This document shows, in pieces, positions 39,401 to 54,865 of a stretch of 64,000 bases of DNA. The stretch spans positions 19,718,001-19,782,000 of the forward strand of contig NC_087251.1 in NCBI RefSeq assembly GCF_037042905.1, read 5' to 3'. The notes beneath the pieces are model-generated. The model ran no database searches. It saw nothing but the letters and a program-made list of their open reading frames with translations, and was not told where the DNA came from. How positions within the stretch are numbered: position 1 is the stretch's first letter; every line of letters begins with the position of its first letter. The translations under genes and the position numbers were made by a program. This DNA is from Lytechinus pictus. Lineage: Eukaryota.

Positions 39401-42400
39401 ATAAATGTCCATGCATGAGCGGTTCCTATGGGTGACTTAACTGTACTTCTATATCCTCTCTTCGACGTGAGTAGATGTTGATGAATATAGGTCAATAGTC
39501 CTAACCATGTTTATGATACATATCATGGATTATAAAAGCTAATTAGTATTTGTTTGTCTGTAATACTTCTTTCAAAATAATACAATACATAATAGCAAAT
39601 GTGTTCACATGTTACACATTATACAAAGATAATCCATAATACAAACAATATTAGCATAATACATAATGAATCCAAAATAACGATGTGAGCATAAAATTCA
39701 CTATTAAACTATGAAACATTTTAATTAATGAACCCAGGAGACCGCCATCGTGAACGGTTTAGCGTGAATTTGTGTGGCGGTCTCTATTGGAAATTATCCT
39801 CTATTGAAGTGCGTTTGCAGTGCATATCTAATTACTCGATTCAATTTATTTACTTATCTGTTGTTTTCATTCAAAATTATATTTTTCATTTGTTCTCTTC
39901 CAAAGACGAAATGAATTCATTTGAGTCTTTTGATCATGTTGATCGAGCATCTAAATTAATACATGTTTTTATTATATATTTTGTTTGGCAACAGAACTTG
40001 TCAATAGTTGACAAATTGCTGCTGAAAGTATCATCTGCGTATTGTAATGTTATTTGGAATTTATAGATCCAAAATAGCATACATGAGATATTCTCAAAAA
40101 ACATTTGTCATAACATATTAAAGTGACGTGATTGTACATACTCAATGAAGATAACTTTTTGCGCGATCATAGAGGAGGGAAAGAAATGTGGGATGTAAAA
40201 TAGACGCTGGCGCCCTCTTGAGAGCATCGATTAAAACATCCCGATCGGCTGCAGAATAATATTGTGCAGTGTAGTCCCACATTATGAAGTGGGATATTGT
40301 TATATAATGCTTGAAACGTTTACAAATCGATAATATCATGGCTATAGCAGGTACACAGTTTTGGTGATTATTTGTAATGATCATGATTAATGCAAAATGC
40401 ATGTGGTCAATATAAGTTGTAAAAAATGAAGTAGTTTTTAAATTATAATAAAATGCTTATTCATTTTGGTGCTACATCGGTGATGTTAAAGAGTCGAGAG
40501 GTTAATAAGCAATGTAACTTTGAAATAAGATAAAGATCGGAGTAACAGATTGTATCTGTTGTAGAGGAATAATGTCGTATAAGTACGGTTTAGGCGCTCG
40601 TATGAAAATATATTCACGGTATTTCCGTTCCCGTAGCCTTAAATATTTTGGATTTATTTTGTTACAATTTGTAGCAACGAAGGTGTCACAATATGCCCGA
40701 CGATATAAAATAAACACATTGCTTACCCTAAAACGTGTTGAAACGATACACTTAGATTCGTTTATAAAAAAAAGTGTTGATGTAATATTTCTGTTTTACT
40801 GCGCACACACAATTTCATTAGAGCATGGTAAAGCTCGGGGAATTAAAACATGTTGACTGAAGTCTTATTTATAAGAATTAGGTTAAAACTGGTTTCGCAA
40901 GGCGGTCATGTCTTGAATTTCATAACACCCGTGATGGTAGTATAACCCATGCAGATACTCTTGCATGGCTGGAATGTTTGATAGATGTCTATACTACGAA
41001 AATGAATGGGAAATATAATAAATTGTGAAGTGTTAATAATAATTTGCAAAGATTTGACGATCATAGTAGATTTTCAAACATTTCATTCATTTGTTTTCGT
41101 TTTAGAAATGAGAAGTTTGTTTCAAAGGGAGAGAAGAAAGTGCAGAACGTCCCTAGCTTGGTACACAGAGGGAGATCCGACGAACTATCTAATGATAAAA
41201 GATGAACGAAGAGACTGTGAACTTTCGATTCATGATACCCAAGATCACACGTAACCCAAGCTCAAAGCTGAAAGCAATACACGTATAGTGACATCTTGAG
41301 TAAAGCAAGTTCTACGAGCGGAACATTATACCAACCTATACGCTCATAGGGGTACATCACTTACCCCCATACCTACCTATATTACCCCCAATAAATTCAT
41401 TGACACAATTAACAGCGGGGGAGACGATAATATACGGGGTAGATTTCTATTAAAGTAGACAATCTAGGTTAAGAAGACCAATGCAATCTCTGGCATGCTA
41501 TCAACCCAGATGCATATCTTTATGCGTGGAACGTTGTCTTAAGATTTTTTTTATTAATACCTGACTTTTCGCGTGATGCTTTACAATGTGATTGAAGAAG
41601 ATGGAAAATAAAAACTGGGGCGAACACAGTTTGCCTCCATGTCTTTGCGCATAACTGGGTCAACAATTATATCCTTAAATGTTTTGACATATTTTTGTGA
41701 TTCGATAGTATATTAATCCTGTGTTGTTCTACATGTCTTAAACCGTGTCATATGGTAATGTAATGCCCTTGCTCTGAACCCAGCTCGCCTACGACTAAAA
41801 AAGACCCCCGTATCTGGAGCAATTGTCTTGCTCGTCTAAACGAATTTCCGGCTGTATCGTTATGGAAGGTATTGTTAAATGGGAAAATATTTTATTTTAC
41901 AGGGAGGAGGTGGATTTTGTGAACTTTTTGATTTCCTCTAAAGGAACAATCCGACCCGCATGTGTCCGAGATCGGGGTTTCGTCCGAATTTCAGAGACGG
42001 TTATTGCGTGCAGAAGAAATGCAATAAGTTCAGGAACCAGCGGGGGACCAGTAGAAAACTGGGTAATGGGGACAGCGAGCTAACGCCTACACCACGCCAG
42101 GCTTGCCCGGGTGGGTCCTTAGGTGATGTGAGCCTGGTGTCTGGTGTCGCATAGGTCAAACATCACTCAAATACAAACGATTGCAAGTTTCCAAAACCTG
42201 AATTTCTCAATCAATGAGCAATAGCATGAAATGCGTCTTATTTTCTAGGTTTTAAAAAATGAAGTTCTAGGTATCTATTTTAGATATTAAAATCTGTGGC
42301 ATTCGCAAGAGCCATATCTCATGATATTGAAAAAATATTGTATATAATGTGTACATAATTATCTAATATATTTCAGAAAAAAAGCTTCGGTGGATGTAAT

Positions 42401-43499
42401 GAAGATTCTAGGGTGTTTCAAACCGACGTAAACTTTTCATTCATTATTTGATCAGGAAATATGCATTAAGTTTTACAATGCACACTATCATCATCCGAAG
42501 CTTCATCGTCGTAATGGTTTGGGCTGGGTGCTTTCATTCTCAGGATTTATTAAATGATGCATTTCCTCCTAATTCTAATGTGTACGGTATTTAGTTTCTA
42601 TTGTGTTCATATTAATATCCCGTCTATTAAAATATCAAGTCGTTGGTTTCTAAAGCTTTCTTGTTATGTTTTATATCGTACAAAGGAGACCACGTTCATC
42701 CTTTACTCAAGTGGAAGCCCCCAATATGATCCGTTCTCAAGCCTGGGGTATGTTGACTTCATGTTGATCCACATGTCAAAATGGTTAATAGGCCTCATGC
42801 ATGTGACGTCATAATCTCACAGCGCCCTACCTCAGAGGTTGTATCTATTATGCGTAAACGGAGTTGTCAGAGATTTTCCAGCTGCAGATCACCAATGCAC
42901 AAATGACTTCAGCCTCTAAGATGTCGGCGCAACGACGTCAATACATAAGATCTATAGGCGCCATCCATCCGCTTCCTACTAAACACTTCGCCCCTTCAAC
43001 GTCTCATCCCCTCACCTCATCAACCATCGTATATCGCTTTCTTCAATTAAAGAAACCCAAACCAAAGTTTAGATACCCAATCCCCAAACTATTTTGCATC
43101 TTTCAAGTAGCAATCACCTTATCCTTCATGAGTTCCAGTCTAGTCCTCGGCAGCCAAAGGCCTCAAAGAATACGCAACAATATCTCTTCTGTTCCATCTC
43201 CGTTTCGGGTCCATTGTTGTAAGACCGGCCTCTCTGTTATGATCCCTGATTTGTTTGTGGTGTGGTGAGGTGTGTCGATTTTGTTACAAATATTAGATCG
43301 GATCTCTTTCTCTTTGTTTGCTTTGAGATATTAGATTAGTTCCAACTGAAACTGATAGGCCCTCATTAGAACGTAGCAGTACATGGAACTGCTATACCTT
43401 CCTTTGAAGAAATCTGGCTACTTGTTTCGTCATTCATTGACCTCAGTAAGCACAATAAATGAGAGAAAAGATGCATTATGCATGTGTGTTTTTTTTTAT

Positions 43500-44495
43500 T
43501 GATAACGAATTTATTTTATTTCAAACTTTCAAAAAAGTTACAAAGTAAAGTGAATTATAATATAACGTAATGAAATGAAATAGAAACCTTCTGAAAAGCA
43601 AAGCTTGTTAATGAGGTTTCCTTCAATAAATAAAACATATTAATGCAAGATACAAAGTTCAAGATATATATAATATACAAATCATCATATCGTTCTTGTA
43701 GAAATAAAATGTAGATCCTTGTAAAAAAAAAATCATATTATCCCAAGTAATAGATAAACATGGCTGGAAAATATTACAAGATATAAAAAAGTGAAAAGGA
43801 CACACGAAACAAAACGTTACAAAAACAGGACGTGACAGAACGATACAAGAACAAGGCATGAGAAAAAAAACTATACAAAAACAAGACATACGAAAAAGTA
43901 CAAGAAATTTGAAACAAATTGAAACAAAAATCACAAAACAAAGGACAAAACAAAAACGAGTAAAAGAAGACAAACAAATAAACATTCGAACAACCCAAAA
44001 ATCAAATCTGCAAAGTCAGGTAGATCGAATGAAAAGAGACAGAGACGGGGAAAGAAGCGAAATAAAGGGAGGGGCTCGGAAGAATACGGAAGAACAAAAG
44101 ATCATCAAGAAATCTTGGATGGATTATTGGAGTGTTATAGTTATTAGTGAGTTTGTTTTAATGCTCTATTGAAACTATGAATTGTAGGCTTAATTCGTAA
44201 AGCTTGTGAAAGTGAGTTCCAAAGTTTGATGCCAGAAGATATGAACAGTTTGTTTGTTAATAAAGTCCATGTTCTAGGTAAATGGAAAAAGTCCAGCAGA
44301 TCTTGCAGGGTAATGATGGATATTGATATTTCTTGTAAACATATAATAAAATCTGGTAGTTCATCTCTACTAAGGTTGTACATAAAAGATCCAAGATTAT
44401 AATGGTAAAGACCATGTATCTTAAGAATACCATGAGTTTTGAAAAGAACATTCGTGTTTGCCCGATAATGAGAATGGCAAATAACGTGCAATGCT
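43500..44495 (-). mobile_element. 5'-truncated CR1/L2-group LINE (Crack/Daphne-like): ORF2 C-terminus and T-rich 3' UTR
   Basis: ICHSHYRANTNVLFKTHGILKIHGLYHYNLGSFMY...SGIKLWNSL...IHSF; stem-loop at 43583-43620; AATAAA near 43512 on the minus strand. Confidence 0.8.
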
Positions 44496-46282
44496 TTTTT
44501 TTCTGGAGTGGTAAAAGTGTATTCAAATGAAAATCAGCACGACCCCCCCCCCCTGCAATAATACAAAAGTTCAAATGTGGCGGTGACACTAGAACGTGAC
44601 AAACGGTTTAGGAATGCCCAAACGACAGTTTGGATCTTATCTGTCTTGTCAATGGTTACAATACGAAACATCGTCAAGATTGGAGCATGACAAGTCCTAA
44701 TTGGATAATTTCCTCATTTGTCGGACTTGTTTCTTGTTTCCTAGCGAAAATGTGTTGATCCGTTTTGGCGACGAGATGAACGTTTGCCCTGCAATGGCGC
44801 CTTGATCATTGGTTAATGCATAGGTCCATGTTTAGTGGCAACGTAGCTGATGTGCGTATGCGCGTAAGATGAACTCCCATTGGTCGCATCCTACCCTTCG
44901 CTCAGAGTGAACATTAATATCCGCGACCATCATATTAATCACACATGTTTTAAATACATTTATGCATTATCTATTTTTATCAATATTTTGTTTGCGTTTT
45001 TTATCTCCATATCTTAAGTTGTCATGTCTTTATTTATTTATTTATTTTTTTTTTTTTTTTTTGGGGGGGGGGGTCATGGTGGTATGAAATATCATTAGCC
45101 ATCGCGTAAATCATGTAAATGATGCCTTTATTTTTTTTTTTCTTATTGATCCTCACATTATACTCATGGATGTGGTCAACAAGTACGAATGGATAACTTT
45201 GCATTGTGGGATATTCAGCAGAGGATTCAGGATAGAGAATATGGTAACCGCTTTACCCCCTTCCCAAACTATCTCTCTCACTTTCTCTCCTTCATCTCTC
45301 TCTCTATCTCTCTCTCTCTCTGTCTGTCTCTCTCTCTCTCTACCCTGTTGAACATCCGGGCCATCCATCTGTCAAAGATGACTAAGGTCTGACAGGAGAT
45401 AGGATCTTTCCCGCCAAAACCAAGCGCGGGATCTTCCATGCGAAATCGAAGCCTCAGATTCCAACGGAACGTCTAATCTTCGACATCCTTATCTCACCAG
45501 CACCCAACTCCCCATCGATGCCAAATTCGTCAGCAAACGACAGAGTGGTGGAAGTCGAGTTCTCTTTCTTCGACGATACTGTCGCAAGGAGCTTCTTGAA
45601 TTTACATACCCAATCATTATCTCACCTTCTTTCTTCTCTTATCAAGACATTATCAGACGAGGACGGAAAGGGGAGAGGGGAGCAAATAGGCCGGAAAGGG
45701 GGGAAAGGTGAAGGGCAAGAGAGATTCTTAATAGCCGGTTGCGTCAACAGGGATTGGAGCGTAAAAACAGGACGTTCTTCTGAGTTCATTTGGGATTATT
45801 AACTCAGGTTTTATCTGGAGGTGTCAAGAGACAAATGCGTGGAATAAAGCCATCTTTTAATACACCTATCAAGAAGCCCCTTGAGGATAGTAGAAAGTAC
45901 AAGACAGGGTTTTAACTAATTAATGAATTAACATGAGGTAATAGGCTAATCTGGGTGGGAAATTCGTGAGGTTTAAAGAATTGACATGAATGTACCTTAA
46001 ACATAAGGTTATAGATCTGTAAACTTGAAAGACTGTTCTTACGAGAGAGATTCGTTTTTCTGTCATGTTCACCTTCATTCCGTATTTCACCACATGCAAG
46101 AAATCTACCAGTTTAAAAGTCCTTCCTTAGTATCGTCTTTCATAGCACTTCGGAGATGCCACTCTCTCTTCTTGTCTAAGTAACAATTTTCCTAAAGACT
46201 GTCAAAACATACTTTTATTGTATTCTTTAATGAATTTATCATTCAGTTAACATGTCAACTTACTTTCAAAGTTTCAAGTCCT

Positions 46283-46433
46283 GGGATCTGTTGCATAAAA
46301 AATTTTGCCATAAAAAACTCTGTCAAATAGACAAAAACTCCGTCAAACAGAATTATGCCATGGAAACTTAAATATAAAAAAAAAACATGGGAAAGAATAT
46401 TGCCAGAGTTTTTCTTTTGTGCAACACTGCCCC
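46283..46433. mobile_element. Degenerate short MITE
   Basis: Inverted tgttgcataaaa/ttttgtgcaaca and aaaaactctg/cagagttttt. Confidence 0.5.
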
Positions 46434-49400
46434 GTATTTGAGAGACGGAAGCGGTTGTTCCCTTTTCATCTTTTTATTTTGCAATCTATAAAGTAAGTTC
46501 GTTACCACTAAATGTAAGAATAAAGTAGACGTACACGTCAAACATGTTAAGAAAGAAATTTGCTCATATCATTTCATCAAATCGTCATCTATCCCCTTCT
46601 TCATTTCCACTTTGTTTCTGATCGTTGCATACCATCGATAGAAATACAGATGACATTACGGATGTAAGGTTAGCCCAGGTATGTTTGACAAAGATATTGG
46701 ATATTCGAGAGTTAAGTGAAAATTTTGAGCATCTTGCAACACAGAGCAACACTGTGACGTGTTTGTGTTATATTTCTAATCTAAAATGAAATAAAGTAAA
46801 AAGGAGAAGGGGAAAATGAAGGATAGAAGAAGAGAATGGGGGATACTGAAGTGAACTTTGAATTCATGGGCAAAATTATAATGAAATCAGAACCTGGGAC
46901 TTGTGATTGTGGTGTAATGTGGGAACTGTAATCGCCTATAATAACGCGGTAAGCTATCATTGACTAAAGTAAGCGAACATTCTTAATTCTAATTTGGTTC
47001 GTAATTCAATGAAGTCATTGATTTGCAATTATGGTAATTCATCGATTTGCCCATGTAAAGATGTAACAAGTTCCACGGTTTGTTATTTTTTGTTGAAATG
47101 CCCAGCTACCAAAAACTCCGATCTGTTGAATCATCAGCACATGGTCAACAGTTCATCATCAGTCCTTAAGCCATATTTTCTATTCCTCTTGATTAAAACG
47201 AATAACGGAGAAAGATCGAGAATCAGACGATTCGTTTGCGTTGCTCATTTTTTGACGCTCATCAGTCCGTGACTCTGAAACCCAAAATAAAGAGGTCTAT
47301 TTAAGAATCCATCCGGACAGGAAGCTTACCGGGGGATAACGGGTATCTACTGCGAAACTTTGTTTCCCAATAAGCTCTGGTGATCCTTGGAGAATCCTCC
47401 GAGTGCCCACACAAACTAATTTTGTAACGAAATCTCGGCATATCATATCATGGGACTTAATGAGCTGTAATGGATAGCCCATCCGGGTGTTGAGAGAGAA
47501 TAGTCGCTGTCTGATGGTCACCATCATGGCCAGACCAGAGATGGACAGGTGAAAGTGATGACCCTGGGAGGTGGATGTCAAGGAAAGTGAGAGGAACTCG
47601 AAGGATGCATACATATTCTTGCATGTCATTAGCAGAGTTGACCTGCTTCTGTCCCCTTCCGTGTAACAGCAGAGAAGCAAACGACTAAGCCGGTCTACCG
47701 TTGAGCAAGGTGATTGGCTGCAAAATACATAATAACGATCGAAAAGGATCGAAGGGAAGTCTGAACCATGAGTGACACTACCCAATTGGCTGAATCCACT
47801 TGGGGATGAGCTATCTTACGAAGACGTACATTTCATTCATCATCTCGTCTTTGTCGCTTTGCTACGGATCACATCAGTCAACACTGTCACGCAGCCTGGT
47901 TTTGTGTCCCGGTCCTCCATCCCTTCCCCCCGACGTTTCGCCAACATTTAACACCTTCTTTGTCGTCCATGCGTGAAACCAGGTCGTCATCAACTTCAAA
48001 ACTTGCAGGAAAAAGACAATCAAAGATGATATATACAGGGGTTCAATTCCGGCTTCAAAATTACCTGGATGATTAATAAGAGGGTTGTGCCTTAAGGATA
48101 ATTGAATTGTACCTGTTGCCCATAGTTGGTAGAATAAAAGAAGAAAGGTCCCATACATCAAGGCAGCTTTCAGAATAAATACTTAGAGAATGATGAAATA
48201 ATTTAAGTTGTCGAATCAAAGTATATCAAATATTGTAAAATAAATTGCGTTGCATCCAATTAGAAGTACATTTCAACTGATATCACACGAACAAAATATA
48301 ATACACTATTGGTAACTGAAGATATTAATAAATTGATTAACAAAAGTGTTAATACACATTTGAAAAAAAAAAAAAATCGTAAATATAGAGATTTCCTATA
48401 AGTAACTATTTTAAGTATGGAATAATTTATTATATAAAATTAAACAATATCGGTCAAAATAAAGGTTTAATATTGACCGAGAGGATATCAATCTCTCGAG
48501 CAGGTAAACGGGGCCTTTGCAATTTGAGGAACAACTACCTTAATCTCAGCAACAGCGTGGAGAGATGGGATCAATACCTGATACGGCTTGAACCTTCTCT
48601 GCAAGATATATTTTCAAATTATCCTATTTCGGAAGAAGATTAACAGAAAGCTGGGGTCGGGTTGAAACGTGATAAAAGTTGAAATTATGCTTACTACCCC
48701 CAACACGATTATGTGTAACATGTTGTGATGTGTATATAACATTGCATGAAGGATGTGTTTTTCTTGTAACGAAATTACTATTAATTCATATACATAACCG
48801 ATGATAATTAAACATGTTTTAAAGTTACGCCGTATATGCATTGTCTGAGCATAGTCAAATACATCATATCATCTTTACTGTGTTTGTCATGCATATACAT
48901 TAATAATATTATTATCAGGGATATAAACTTATGAATTATATCTCAATGATATTAGAACAAGATTAAACATGTACTTTTTATATTTTTCCTGAACACATGT
49001 TGTATGCATCCCCTTTAAAACTGCAATATGATCATATGACCGACGAACAAATACCTCCGAACATCTACATCAATACGAATCATAATGACTTGACATAAAT
49101 GTTCTTGTGCATGAAGACATGGGTTTGCACATGAAAGGTTTGGCCTAATAAACGTGTTCATTCACTGGTTTCATGAAGCCGTCTGGATTACTCATTATTT
49201 GGATTATCTTTCAAATCGTTCATCCTCCACAAAGGCAGTGTTATTGAGAAGGCTGTCGAAGATGATGGACCCAGCAGAACCTCTGGCTTTATCGTGCGAC
49301 ATTTTGTACAAACCTCTATGCTAGCTCCCAGAAACGAAAAAATTGTCTCCCCTCAAGACGTCCTAAAATATAATTTCAATACACAGTCGATATACACAGA

Positions 49401-49785
49401 GCAACAAACTCTATATATTGAGTCTATAACTGTGAGTTATCAGCAATACCATTTAGTAAGAGCTTAAAAAAATATTTGGTTGGACCACTTATGCACTAGA
49501 AATGATTTATTTTCTCTAGAGTTAAAGTGTTCGGAAGGAAACTCCTGGAGAAGAAGGATATTGTGATAGAAGCTAGTTCGATTAACGGTGCTAATGAGTG
49601 ATCTTGCTCGTCATACAAGGATCCCGACTGTTAAGTGCGAATAAACTACTTTGATAGCTGGTATTAATGTCATGTTGTGATAACGCGTACATGATATGGC
49701 GTACTAATGATAGAATGGTATCAGGGGGTTAAAGGTGTAATCATCGATTAAGGCAATAACTTCAAATTAGCAACTTATATACATT

Positions 49786-50093
49786 GGCCCGTATTCTGAA
49801 GTCAGGTTTTATTTAATTAGACCATGGTCTAACTCTGTGCTAAAATTATGGGAAGTCAAAAGTGTCAGAAATTTTAAGAAGTTGTATGTTTCTTATGTTT
49901 ACTGTGCTCTTTCCTGATTCATTGATGGTGAAGACAATCATCTATTTATACTTCCAGACAATTGCAATATAATATAAATGATTTGAGAGCCAAATGAACT
50001 GAAATATGATATCTCTACTGTTAGTGATTTATGTAACATATTGGCTATCCATACTTAAACCACAACTTTAAACCCGACTTCAGAATACGGGCC
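49786..50093. mobile_element. Harbinger-type MITE
   Basis: TIRs ggcccgtattctgaagtc(a/g)ggttt match 23/24; 3-bp TSD ATT at 49783-49785 and 50094-50096. Confidence 0.88.
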
Positions 50094-53000
50094 ATTATAT
50101 CAACTTCTGGTACTTGGTGATTTTAGAGGTTTTTTTGTGTTGGTGTGTGTGAGGGTGTGTTTTAGATATAAGAATTGGAAAATTTAGAAGTAAATTGGTT
50201 AATTAAATTGATGTAAAAATTTAACAATTTAAAGTCCATGTCCCGTCTTTTCTGGGACATTCGGTAGCAAGTGTTGCATTCTGGGTAAAAGGCATGGGCC
50301 ATTTTGACTTTAAAGGTGGCTATGGTATCTTGCCTATTGAGGCAAACCATCACTCCATATATCCGCAAAATTTACACTATTTCTCTTTGTTTCTTTTCCA
50401 ATTGCATTCTCCAACTCTATTTTTATTTCATTTTCAAATTTAAGCAAAACAATATTAGCAACGTTTATTTCTTTTGAAAAAAAAACAAACACAAATTTAG
50501 TTGATAAACTATTGATTTGCTTGTACAGTTACATTGAGAACTTAATGTCAATTTTGTGCTAACAATTTTTTTTTAATTCCTTCTGGAAAAAAACTTACGT
50601 TCATTTATTGCTGTATAATTTCACCTTAAAAAATGTTTAATATAATGTATATCAGATCATAATTCAGACTCGTTTTGAAAAAATAATGATTGAGGATTTT
50701 GATATATTATATGATTTCGAATATAAATACGATTTATCATTCTCAGTACCTGTTGAAACATTTTAATAATAGATAGATAGGTCGCCTGGCATTTGATCAT
50801 TTTTGAAGACAAACTATCAATCAAACCACTTAATCTGGAACTTCAGCGAGCAAAATATCTCCTTTTTAAAAGAGCATTCAAAGGCATTGCCGACCAGTAT
50901 AAAATGGCTGCCTGTGACTATGTAATGTAAAACTCGCAATGGGAGTATATTGAAGATGGTGGGATCTCTGGCGCCGCAGGTACGTTTTTAAGTCATTCCA
51001 CTTAAAACATCTCCGTTTTCTGGAGGGTTTCTTTCTTGCCCTTGACGACTTTATTTTCCTCATTAGTTTAGCCCTATCGAGGCCTTCATATTCTTCCCCT
51101 TTTTAATGGCATTTGGGCGAAGGTTTCAAATGGTGAAGAATATCCCGGTAGCACAGAACTCGTAAAGAAAAGTGAGGTAATTTATAATGCCTATTATAAA
51201 AGCTAATTTTCCCTTTTGTGATCGCACCATCTCTCTTTTGAATTCAATCTTGAGCAGCATTTTTATCTTTCTTGATTATTTCCAATGTTCGTTTCTAGAA
51301 TGAAAGTATACCATCATATAACCTTGGAACCAAAGGTACCATACTTTATCAAATGATTATGAGGATAATAATTACTTGAAACATTAAGAGCATTTTTAAG
51401 GAACGTAAACATGGCAAGGGCACAGCTATGTGTATTCTGCTAAGAGTGAGTTGCTTTTATTACAACAACCCCCCCCCAAAAAAAAAGTGGGGTGTATTCA
51501 CTCCTGAATGAATGTGCTACCCCTCCCCACCTGGATCTACCTCTGCCTCAAGGATGGGTATTTCATTTGATATCTTACAAATTAAGAGAATGAATCAACA
51601 AAATCAGTCTAGTAAGTAGATAAAAAGTGGACCAGTGTCAATGACATCAACATGATAGCGACTAAATTAGCATAGACCTACAAGGGTTTACTAAAGAATA
51701 ACAACCAAAAGGGTACACTGTAATCCACCATATGACCTCCATGGATATATTCCTAATATTCACCCGTAATTTTTAGGTCTTTCAAGCGGAAAGACCATGT
51801 TTATCTTTTCGTCTTCACGTTGTTCCATTTTGTCACCACTAACATCAGAGATCAGATGGGCTGCACACCGCCTGAAGATTATCCTTGGATTATCACTTTA
51901 CTTCAATTACCATTTCGCGTAATCAACCCGTCTGTGTTATGGGAGGGGCCATCTTGGAATATCAGGATAAGCCCAAGAAGTTATCTCGCGAGTTAGTTTA
52001 AATCTTTGGTGATAATTTATTGAAACATAATATTGTCTGAAATTATGCTATGTAGTAGTTTGGGCGGTCGTGTGTCGTGATAGGGTATCATGAAGCAGTA
52101 ATACTGCACTTAGAATTATAGGTTGGGACTAGATAATCGTGTTATATAATAAATAAGATTGCATGTGAAACGATGTTTGGTTTAATATTATCATTCATAT
52201 GAATTATGCTCTAATATGGGAGCAGAAATGTAAAATCCTAATTACATCAATATATTTTAAAGTTTAATGAGAGAGAGAGAGAGAGAGACCCCTTATGAAG
52301 AAATTAACCTGAAAAAGAAGAACATTTCTTTCCTGTTACGGCTCTAGGACCATCACGATTTCACAGAGCTCAGTTGAAGGTGTTTCCATCAGCCTACATT
52401 TGAAAGAAAGTAGACTACTAATTTTGAAGACGGTTGGTGGAACCATTTTATCCATGGTTAACCATTTTCATACGCCTAAATTTGCTAAAAGAATGACTCA
52501 TATATCCATGACTTTTTAAAATAAGTTTTTCGTAAGGGATTAGTGGCATGATTCATTTCTTTGTTGTATTCTTTGACACACATCCTTTTAGCACAAGAAC
52601 ATAAAATAGTATCCATAAACAAATTAATATTTCAGTTTTCATCTGAAAAGTTGAAAAAATTGTATAATTCCAAATTTCTATATATTTCCACGTGTGATTT
52701 CTAAAATTAAAATATGAAATAGTTAACGGTTTCAGATGATTATTTTTTGCCATAACTTTGAAGCGAGAGACAGAGAGATAAATGAATAGATAGGGCATGT
52801 AGGGGAGAATGTAAAATTTTGTTCGAGGGCTTGTGGAGGATTGGGACCTTTTCAAATGAACGTCGAATCAAATAATGTTATTAAAGAAAACTTTCTTCAG
52901 GATAGGATAATAAAGCTATATAATGCCAATACTTCTATTAACCCAAATTAATGTCACTTAAAACACTTACTTAAGATCCAGCTTTGCAGTTAAATTTGTG

Positions 53001-54699
53001 TTGTCTAGTATACGATAATTGCAAGACTTATTACATACAAGTTTGAGGAGAATACTTGCGACTAATCCTATGAACATATGAATGATTGCCCATATACAGT
53101 TTTCCAGGTTTAAAAACTAAACGAAAAACTTTTAAAACATGATTTTGAAAATAATATGTTTTCTTCCTTTATGGAAGCAATATTCTGTTTGAAGACAACT
53201 TTTTTCAATGTAAGCATTATGCACAGAATGCATGGGTATTGTTTTTTCGGTACTGCTTCGTAGAGCACCTGGACGATGTTGAAAGCCTTTAAATGTCTAA
53301 TCATAGTCGAGCAATAAATGTTTATATTACACGATTGCGTCGGATTTGTTTCGTTGTGACAGACGAATCACACTTAATGCCGCTTTTATTTGTCTTTAAC
53401 ACGTGGCAGTATAATGAATTCATGACTGATTAATTGTTCGTTTCCCGGCTAGATCTACGTGAGTATTTACATATCATGTCTGGCATGTTCATGCTTTGTT
53501 GGCTTAGTGATTCGAGCTGGGTCCTCATTTATGTTCAGTATTTTCCTATATGAAGTATGGGACGAACGATCTAATGCTTCTTACACGGGAGGGAACTTGC
53601 TTTGTAAATGATCGTTTATATAAAATGCCTCCATACTAACTTTTCTCAGAACACAATTACATTGAATTTTCAATTTTCAGAAATTAATTGTTAAATTTGG
53701 GTAATTATCTAACCCCCATACCAAACCACATTAAAATAACTTTTAGGAGATTTGATTTTCTTTCATAGCTCATTACCTTATTTTTTCAATTGCACAAATC
53801 CATGGAACTTTGTATCAGAGGTATAAAGGTAAGTCAAAACGTGGGCAATTGTGTTGACACCTTCCTAAATTTGTAGGGCAGACCTGTTAAATCCTGTGTC
53901 TTATGATCTTATAAACACATCAAAATATTTTTCTTTTAATATCGGACAAGAGCGTGATAAAACCCCTCTTTTCTGATAGATGAGGATAATGAAACGACTC
54001 TTTTCTGGTTTAGATCCTTCGGTGTTTTTCATTTTGTATTGAGGGCTTTAAAGCTACTCATACTAATATCAATGTTAAATCACTTGAGGATTCTTAAGAG
54101 CAATGGTAACAAATCATAGCCCTGTGGAGTTGTAGTTTGTAGCTATTTCACTACAGAGCCTGTAAAACATATGGAAGAGGAATAACCCAACACCAAAATG
54201 GTTCAATATGCCCAAGTTCCTGGCCTATAAAGACCACATACATACACAAAAATGTGATGGTCTCAAAGCGATTATGCCCGTGAAAATAAACACATTCATG
54301 TTTTTTGTTGAGAGGACCCCGATATCACAATTAAAGTTTATTTATATTGATACACACCACTGAATTACAACTCACATCTTGTCAATTAAGTATCCGAATA
54401 CCTTTTTTTTTATTTTGATAGAATTTATGAAAAAAAATGGTTTTCAACATGCTAGGCCCCACCTCTCCAACAAGTTTTTCAAAGAGCTCGAAATATGTTA
54501 GTGTTAGAGTCAACATCACTAGTATTTTACAATAGACGATATAATACTTCGTAAAGCTGAGCATAGCTAGTATTAAAATTCCATCCATGCTATCGTTCGA
54601 TACTATTACCTGAAGAAAAATTCTGTCAAATCTAAAGCATGTCTGACATAGCACCGTTTACATTGATGTGCAAGTGCAACGTTTAAAATTAAAATTAAA

Positions 54700-54865
54700 A
54701 TGTTGAAGAAAAAAACCGAGAAACATAACACTAAAAATTTCATCCAAATCAAATCTGAAATAAGTAAGTCATGTCATGATAATTCTCGATTAATTCCACA
54801 AAACGGTTTTAGGTACGTCCCGGTCTGTATGCATATGAGGGGATCGATGACGTCAAGCACATTTG
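54700..54865. mobile_element. Left-arm fragment of a Kolobok-like MITE, degenerate
   Basis: cataacactaaaaatttcatccaaatc...tgtatgcatatgagg...gatgacgtca. Recalled family resemblance only. Confidence 0.4.

Noticed and set aside
35858..48161. Scattered 90-160-aa ORFs (35858, 42864, 45518, 47297 and others)
   Set aside because: No recognisable domains or consistent exon signals; lengths are compatible with chance.
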